From positions 161,986 through 225,985 of the forward strand of contig CAZYXG010000001.1 in NCBI GenBank assembly GCA_964650885.1: a stretch of DNA of 64,000 nucleotides, given 5' to 3'. The position numbers were made by a program, and so were the translations under genes. Below, in pieces: positions 58,742 to 64,000 of the stretch (positions within the stretch are counted from its first letter, which is position 1; each line of letters begins with the position of its first letter). The DNA is from an uncultured Hyphomicrobiales bacterium (GTDB lineage Bacteria > Bacteroidota > Ignavibacteria > Kapaibacteriales > UBA2268). The notes below the pieces were generated by a model, which was not told where the DNA came from, made no database searches, and saw only the letters and a list, made by a program, of their open reading frames with translations.

Positions 58742-61700
58742 TGTCTCAAATCTTTACAAATAAACCTGAAGGGATTGCTACAAATAATAACATTAAAGAT
58801 ATTGATAGTTTTTTCAATAAGTTTATAGTTGAAGATAAAACGACAAATTTTTACTTAATTGTACCAACAGGCAAGTTAACTAGACATTTAATAAAATATT
58901 ACATTTCCCTTTATTGGAAACATCACAAAAAACCAACTGAAAAACCTAATATATTCACAATTCAAGGTTTCGCAAATACTCTTTTTAAAGAATTAAATTT
59001 TACCGCTAAAAAGAATGTAATTTCTGATTCATACCAGTTTATCCTTTTTAAAAATGTTTTTGATAAACTAAATGAAGATAAGTACTTTGCTAAATTCAAA
59101 TCTAATTATGAATTTGTGCATACTCTTTATAAATTCATTAAAGGATTAAGAGAAAAATCTTCGTTATCTCAATCGCAAAAAGAACACTTTAAAATAGTTG
59201 ATAAAGACAAATTTGAATTAATTTCAGATTTATACTTTGAATATGACAAAGCACTATCCAACGATTATGATTATTCCAAGGTTTTAAATGAATTATCGAA
59301 AGATATTAATTTTGATAAATGTTCTAATTTTTTTCAAAATAAAGAATTAGTTTTCATCTATGGATTCACTGACTTTAATCTTCCAGAAATAAATTTTTTC
59401 ACTAAACTTGCAGAACAAGAAATTGAAGTTTCATTTAGTTTGAACTATAATTCAAACAATTCTCAACTATTCAAGAATTTAATCAATATTAGCAAAACAT
59501 TAATAGAACATAAATTCAAACACACTAATAAAGAAGATTTAAACCTATTTAACTCCAATGATATAGAAACTAATCTATCTGAATTAAATCAAAATCTTTT
59601 CAAGAAAAAGTCAAATTCACTTACACAAATTAGCAAGTATATCAAAGTAATTGAATATAAGAACATAGAAGAAGAAATTGAAGATATAGTTAAAATTGTT
59701 AAATACTTATATCTCAAAGAAAATACACCTTTATCAGATATATTCATAGCGTTTAGAAATTCCGATAAATACTCTTTGAGATTAAGAGAGAATTTTATCA
59801 AAAATGAGATTCCTTGCAATGTTACAGATAGATTCAAACTGAATAGATCCACAGTAGTTATTTCTTTATTAAATTCATTAAAATTCTACATAAATAATTA
59901 CGATGTGAAGTTACTTTTAAACTCGCTAAATTCAAATTTCATTAAATATAAAGGTTTTGATAAAAGTAGAGTTTTCACAGAAATTAGGCACTTACACAAA
60001 GAATTGAAAATTTCTGCAAAAAGCATTAAAAAAGAAAATGATTTACTATGTAGCATTGATAAAAAACTCAATGAAGACCCTCCTGAATTTGATAGTGTCA
60101 ATTATTTCTCAAAGAAAATCCGATATGTAAGTAGTTTTTATAAAAATATTCTTGAATTATATTCAGAATTCAAACTTGAAATGACAGCAAATGAATTCTA
60201 TTTGGCTGTTTGCAATCTGATTGATAAACTTGGAATAAAATCTGCAATTTTTGAATTATTAAAAAATAAATCAAATTTAACAAATTTTGAAAAAGAATTC
60301 TATACCAATGAAGTTGAAATAAATTTTCGTGCATTGAGTGCTTTTTATAGTGTACTCTCGGAATTAGTTGATAATCTTCGCACTCATAATAGCCCAGAGA
60401 CAAAATACGAAACAGCTTACCTATTCGATATGCTAACTGTTGGGATTTCTGAAAAAAGATACCAAATGCAGGAAAAACAAAATTATGGTGTTACGATAAC
60501 TACAATTGAACAAACTCGTTATTTGCCAATAAAAGTGATGATACTTTGTGGAGCTGGTAGCAATGATTTACCCTTGCCATATAGCTCAGATAAACTTATG
60601 GGAATGGAATTAATAGAAAGTGAAACCAAACACATCAGCAACGAAAAAATCAAGTTCCTTCAAATACTTAATAATTTCACAGAAATTGAAAAAATCAGTG
60701 AAAAACAAATTTACATTACTTACCATAAACATTATGGCAAGTCGCAAGTGAATATGTCTCATTTTGTGAAATCACTTACATATAATTCTTCACAACCAAT
60801 ACTCTATACAAGTAATCCAAATCAAGATAATAAGTTCGAACTAAATCAAGATTTGCTTGCTTGGAATAAATTTGATTTAACTAAATCAATTAATTTGAAC
60901 AACATCACATTCAATGCTAATGTGAACTTTAGTTTCATAGAACCTCAAACCGATATACATTACAAGGAGAAAGTGGAGAATCACAAGTATTCACCTAGCT
61001 CGCTCAATAAATTTTTAGAATGTGAATACAGAGCTTATCTGCATTCAATTTTCGGCTTGAATGAATTAAATTTGAAAAATACTTCTAAATTAGAAAAATA
61101 TGAAATTGGTAATCTTCTACACTTTATTTTCAATGAGTTCTATTCCAGTTTAGAATCAGATTCAATTGAAATTAATAATAAAACTTTCAAACCCAAAACT
61201 ATAAAACCTGAACATAAGGAAAAGTTCCTAAGCATAGCTGAAAAATATTTCAGCTTCTATGAAAATGATAATATAGAAATGAAGTATATTAGAGAAGAAC
61301 TATTTGGAACACTTCTGCATAAATCAATATTTGAGCAATGGTTCAATTTTGAATTAGAAAACGCAGAGCAATTCAAACCAGCACTTTTTGAAGAAAACTT
61401 CGGGAAAGATAATTTCTTAACTCTCGACAATGGAGATTTTAAATTCAATGTAAATCTGAAAATAGACAGAATAGACATTAATCAAGAAACAAATGAACTT
61501 AGAATTATAGATTATAAAACCAAAACTGATAAGAACTTAGATAACAAAGTTTATATCAATAAATTTAAAAACTCTAAAGATACTTTCGATAACAAGGATA
61601 TTCAATTACCAATTTATACTCTTGCTGTGAATGAATTTTTTAAAAATTCCAATCTAAAGGTTGTTAATGCCCAATTCCGTTATATCTATAAAAATGAAAT

Positions 61701-61977
61701 TATAGCAAACACAGATTTAGTCCTTGCAAAAGGTATTGAATCAAATCATTATGAATTCATTTTGGATTCACCAATTAAACCAAAAGTAAAATCAAATGTG
61801 ATTGAAGAAGCTTTAGCTACTATTAATGAAAAATTTTTACATTTGAACTCAAAAGAGATTAGCATCACACCAAATACAAATTGCCAATATTGTGATTACA
61901 AATCAATTTGTAGAAAGAATGAATTTATTGCGGAAGTTGAAGAATTTGAATTCGACGAGAATGAATATATTGTTTAA
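58741..61977 (+). CDS. AddB-like protein with C-terminal PD-(D/E)XK nuclease and Fe-S staple
   Basis: YSPSSLNKFLECEY, GNLLH, FEENF, KIDRID, IIDYKT, QLPIY and CQYCDYKSIC motifs. Confidence 0.82.
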   Translation: MSQIFTNKPEGIATNNNIKDIDSFFNKFIVEDKTTNFYLIVPTGKLTRHLIKYYISLYWKHHKKPTEKPNIFTIQGFANTLFKELNFTAKKNVISDSYQFILFKNVFDKLNEDKYFAKFKSNYEFVHTLYKFIKGLREKSSLSQSQKEHFKIVDKDKFELISDLYFEYDKALSNDYDYSKVLNELSKDINFDKCSNFFQNKELVFIYGFTDFNLPEINFFTKLAEQEIEVSFSLNYNSNNSQLFKNLINISKTLIEHKFKHTNKEDLNLFNSNDIETNLSELNQNLFKKKSNSLTQISKYIKVIEYKNIEEEIEDIVKIVKYLYLKENTPLSDIFIAFRNSDKYSLRLRENFIKNEIPCNVTDRFKLNRSTVVISLLNSLKFYINNYDVKLLLNSLNSNFIKYKGFDKSRVFTEIRHLHKELKISAKSIKKENDLLCSIDKKLNEDPPEFDSVNYFSKKIRYVSSFYKNILELYSEFKLEMTANEFYLAVCNLIDKLGIKSAIFELLKNKSNLTNFEKEFYTNEVEINFRALSAFYSVLSELVDNLRTHNSPETKYETAYLFDMLTVGISEKRYQMQEKQNYGVTITTIEQTRYLPIKVMILCGAGSNDLPLPYSSDKLMGMELIESETKHISNEKIKFLQILNNFTEIEKISEKQIYITYHKHYGKSQVNMSHFVKSLTYNSSQPILYTSNPNQDNKFELNQDLLAWNKFDLTKSINLNNITFNANVNFSFIEPQTDIHYKEKVENHKYSPSSLNKFLECEYRAYLHSIFGLNELNLKNTSKLEKYEIGNLLHFIFNEFYSSLESDSIEINNKTFKPKTIKPEHKEKFLSIAEKYFSFYENDNIEMKYIREELFGTLLHKSIFEQWFNFELENAEQFKPALFEENFGKDNFLTLDNGDFKFNVNLKIDRIDINQETNELRIIDYKTKTDKNLDNKVYINKFKNSKDTFDNKDIQLPIYTLAVNEFFKNSNLKVVNAQFRYIYKNEIIANTDLVLAKGIESNHYEFILDSPIKPKVKSNVIEEALATINEKFLHLNSKEISITPNTNCQYCDYKSICRKNEFIAEVEEFEFDENEYIV

Positions 61978-63413
61978 CCCCTACGTGAGAATTTAATTCC
62001 ATTTTCATTGAAATCTTTAATCCATTCATCCTTATTTTCAATAAAGTATTTTTTAGCTTCATCGTATTCATTTTGAATCAAACCATCAAGAATAGCTTCT
62101 TCAATTTGGAATTTGATATATCCAATTAATTTGGAAGGAGGCAATTGACAAATTTCAATTATTTCCTCACCTCTCACAGGAGATTGAAACTCACGTAATT
62201 TATCTCTTTCTTCAACATCGAGGATTTTTTGCAAAACTACATCGTAGTTGTTGTAATATTTTTTAGTTAAATTCGGATTTTTTGTAGTTATATCTGCTCT
62301 GCAAAGAGTAAAAAGCTCTTTTACATATCCCTTTGATTGCACAACTAATCTGCGAATAGCTGCATCGCTGACTTCTTCTTCCACAAGCACCATTGGCCGT
62401 TGGTGCAATCGAACCATAGTTTCAACAAAATCAACATTATCAAGTGGAAATTTCATTCTATAGAATATCTTCTTAATCCATCTGGCACCAATTTCTTCAT
62501 GTCCATAGAAAGTCCAACCAATTCCATCTATGTATTTCTTGGTAGCAGGTTTTGCTATATCGTGCATTAAAGCTGCAAATCTAAGCCATAAATTGTCAGT
62601 CATTATTGCAATGTTATCTACTACTTTTAATGTATGCCAAAAAACATCTTTGTGTTGAAATACCTTAGTTCCCTTTTCTACTATATCTATACCAGCAAGA
62701 TTATGAACTTCAGGAAAGAAATGTTTTAAAAGACCAGTTTCAAATAGAATTCCTAAACCAATACTTGGTTTTGGGGAAGCAAGTATTTTTAAGAATTCAT
62801 CAGTAATTCGTTCTTGTGAAATTATCTTAATTCTATCTGCAATTGATACAATTGCGTTATAAGCAGCTTGGTCAATAGAAAAGTCGAGTTGTGATGCAAA
62901 TCTGGCTGCCCTCATCATTCGCAATGGGTCGTCACTAAATGTAGCAATTGGGTCAATAGGTGTTGTCAAAACACGATTCTGAATATCGGCTAAACCATTG
63001 AATTCATCTTTAACTTCGCCAAAGCTATTAGAATTGATAGAAGCGGCCAATGAATTAGATTTGAAATCCCTACGAACCAAATCATCGTAAAGAGAACCTA
63101 TTTCCACAATTGGTTTGCGTGAATTAGATTTATAAACTTCTTTGCGAGTACCCACAATTTCAATTTTGTGTTCACCAATAGGCACTAAAGCAGTTAAGAA
63201 CTTTTCGTAAATAACTACTTTAGTGTTGAAGTGTTTTGAGAGTTTTTTAGCAAATTCGATTGAATCGCCAACAACGGTAATATCATAATCTGTTCTTTCT
63301 CTGCCCAGGAAATGATCTCTAACGTAACCACCAACAAGGTATGCTTCAATTCCCCAATTGTCGCATAGCTTTCCAATTTCAATAAGAATAGGTTCGGTGA
63401 TTGAAATTTGCAT
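61974..63413 (-). CDS. cca: tRNA nucleotidyltransferase (CCA-adding)/poly(A) polymerase family with HD domain
   Basis: VGGYVRD, DYDI, RRDF, DDPLRMMRAARF, ERI and MHDIAK motifs. Confidence 0.85.
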   Translation of the reverse strand: MQISITEPILIEIGKLCDNWGIEAYLVGGYVRDHFLGRERTDYDITVVGDSIEFAKKLSKHFNTKVVIYEKFLTALVPIGEHKIEIVGTRKEVYKSNSRKPIVEIGSLYDDLVRRDFKSNSLAASINSNSFGEVKDEFNGLADIQNRVLTTPIDPIATFSDDPLRMMRAARFASQLDFSIDQAAYNAIVSIADRIKIISQERITDEFLKILASPKPSIGLGILFETGLLKHFFPEVHNLAGIDIVEKGTKVFQHKDVFWHTLKVVDNIAIMTDNLWLRFAALMHDIAKPATKKYIDGIGWTFYGHEEIGARWIKKIFYRMKFPLDNVDFVETMVRLHQRPMVLVEEEVSDAAIRRLVVQSKGYVKELFTLCRADITTKNPNLTKKYYNNYDVVLQKILDVEERDKLREFQSPVRGEEIIEICQLPPSKLIGYIKFQIEEAILDGLIQNEYDEAKKYFIENKDEWIKDFNENGIKFSRRG

Positions 63414-63418
63414 AGAAG

Positions 63419-64000
63419 TTACAAACTTTCATTAAATTCTGGAATTTCAGTTAATTTTCTTACGCCCGAAAAACCTTTATCTCTACGTTCCATTGCTTTC
63501 AATGCAGAGGCATAGATAGCTTTCCAATTCAAACCAAATTTTTCCATCAATTCTTCTGGTTCACCACTGCCACCAAAGGTATCTTTCATACCAACAAATT
63601 CCAAAGGAATAGGATAATTTTTGCAAACAGCTTCGGAAATCACACCACTTAATCCACCATAAACTTGATGCTCTTCAGCAGTAACGGCAGCACCACATTC
63701 CATAGCAGCTTTAATAACTGTTTCGTAATCTAATGGTTTGATGGTATGTATATTGATAACTCTTGCATTAATTCCTTTTCTTGCTTTTAGCTCTTTTGCT
63801 GCTAAAATTGCTTGCCATACCATTATACCATTTGCAAATAAAGCCACATCGTTACCTTCTGTAAGCACTTCTGCCTCGCCTAAGACAAATGGTTTATCTT
63901 CAGGTATAAATGTTGGTAAAGGTGATCTACCTATTCTCATAAAAACAGGGCCAGTCATTTCGCCAATTGCAATTGTTGCTTTCTTAGTTTGATTATAATC
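63419..64000 (-). CDS. Transketolase C-terminal subunit, truncated at its 5' end by the window edge
   Basis: The frame stays open to the window edge (DYNQTKKATIAIGEMTGPVFMRIGR). TIKPLD, TAEEH and DTFGGSG motifs. Confidence 0.9.
   Translation of the reverse strand, partial: DYNQTKKATIAIGEMTGPVFMRIGRSPLPTFIPEDKPFVLGEAEVLTEGNDVALFANGIMVWQAILAAKELKARKGINARVINIHTIKPLDYETVIKAAMECGAAVTAEEHQVYGGLSGVISEAVCKNYPIPLEFVGMKDTFGGSGEPEELMEKFGLNWKAIYASALKAMERRDKGFSGVRKLTEIPEFNESL

Noticed and set aside
2321-63992. Numerous short ORFs (60-170 aa) nested within or antisense to long genes, e.g. 4934-5299, 9997-10371, 34003-34374, 43337-43846, 53880-54200
   Set aside because: They overlap well-supported genes, have no recognisable motifs, and have the composition expected of off-frame or antisense translation.
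1-64000. rRNA, tRNA, CRISPR arrays, transposases, integrases, prophage genes
   Set aside because: None recognised. Intergenic gaps are short and AT-rich, with no cloverleaf or repeat-spacer structure visible by eye. A tRNAscan/Infernal run would be needed to fully exclude small RNAs.

Overview
AT-rich, gene-dense chromosomal window, most likely from an FCB-group bacterium such as Kapabacteria, Ignavibacteria or Chlorobi. This assignment is inferred from a T9SS-type C-terminal sorting domain, the ileS-dksA-lspA-rluD and hpf-hprK synteny, barrel+OmpA proteins and TAnnTTTG-like promoter motifs. Most genes are housekeeping: pyrC, a complete SUF Fe-S operon, ileS, lspA, rluD, purL, accD, hpf, hprK, dsbD, uvrB, dprA, a prenyltransferase, an AddB-like nuclease, a CCA-type nucleotidyltransferase and a transketolase C-terminal subunit. 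There are also several secreted or membrane peptidases (S9, M50B-like, CHAT, C1, M16). I found no rRNA, tRNA, CRISPR array or mobile element. The most unusual items are: (i) a SUF operon (rrf2-GT4-sufB-GT-C-sufC-sufD-sufS-sufU-sufT-reductase-iscA) whose core is interleaved with two tightly coupled glycosyltransferase genes; (ii) a four-gene Cys-rich outer-membrane barrel/lipoprotein operon ending in a propeller-OmpA-like-SPOR-like lipoprotein; (iii) a possible tandem Sm-fold protein, a GIHH-motif IleRS2, a DksA with half its Zn-finger Cys missing, and an unannotated 59-aa ORF. All family calls come from reading motifs by eye; no database searches were run.
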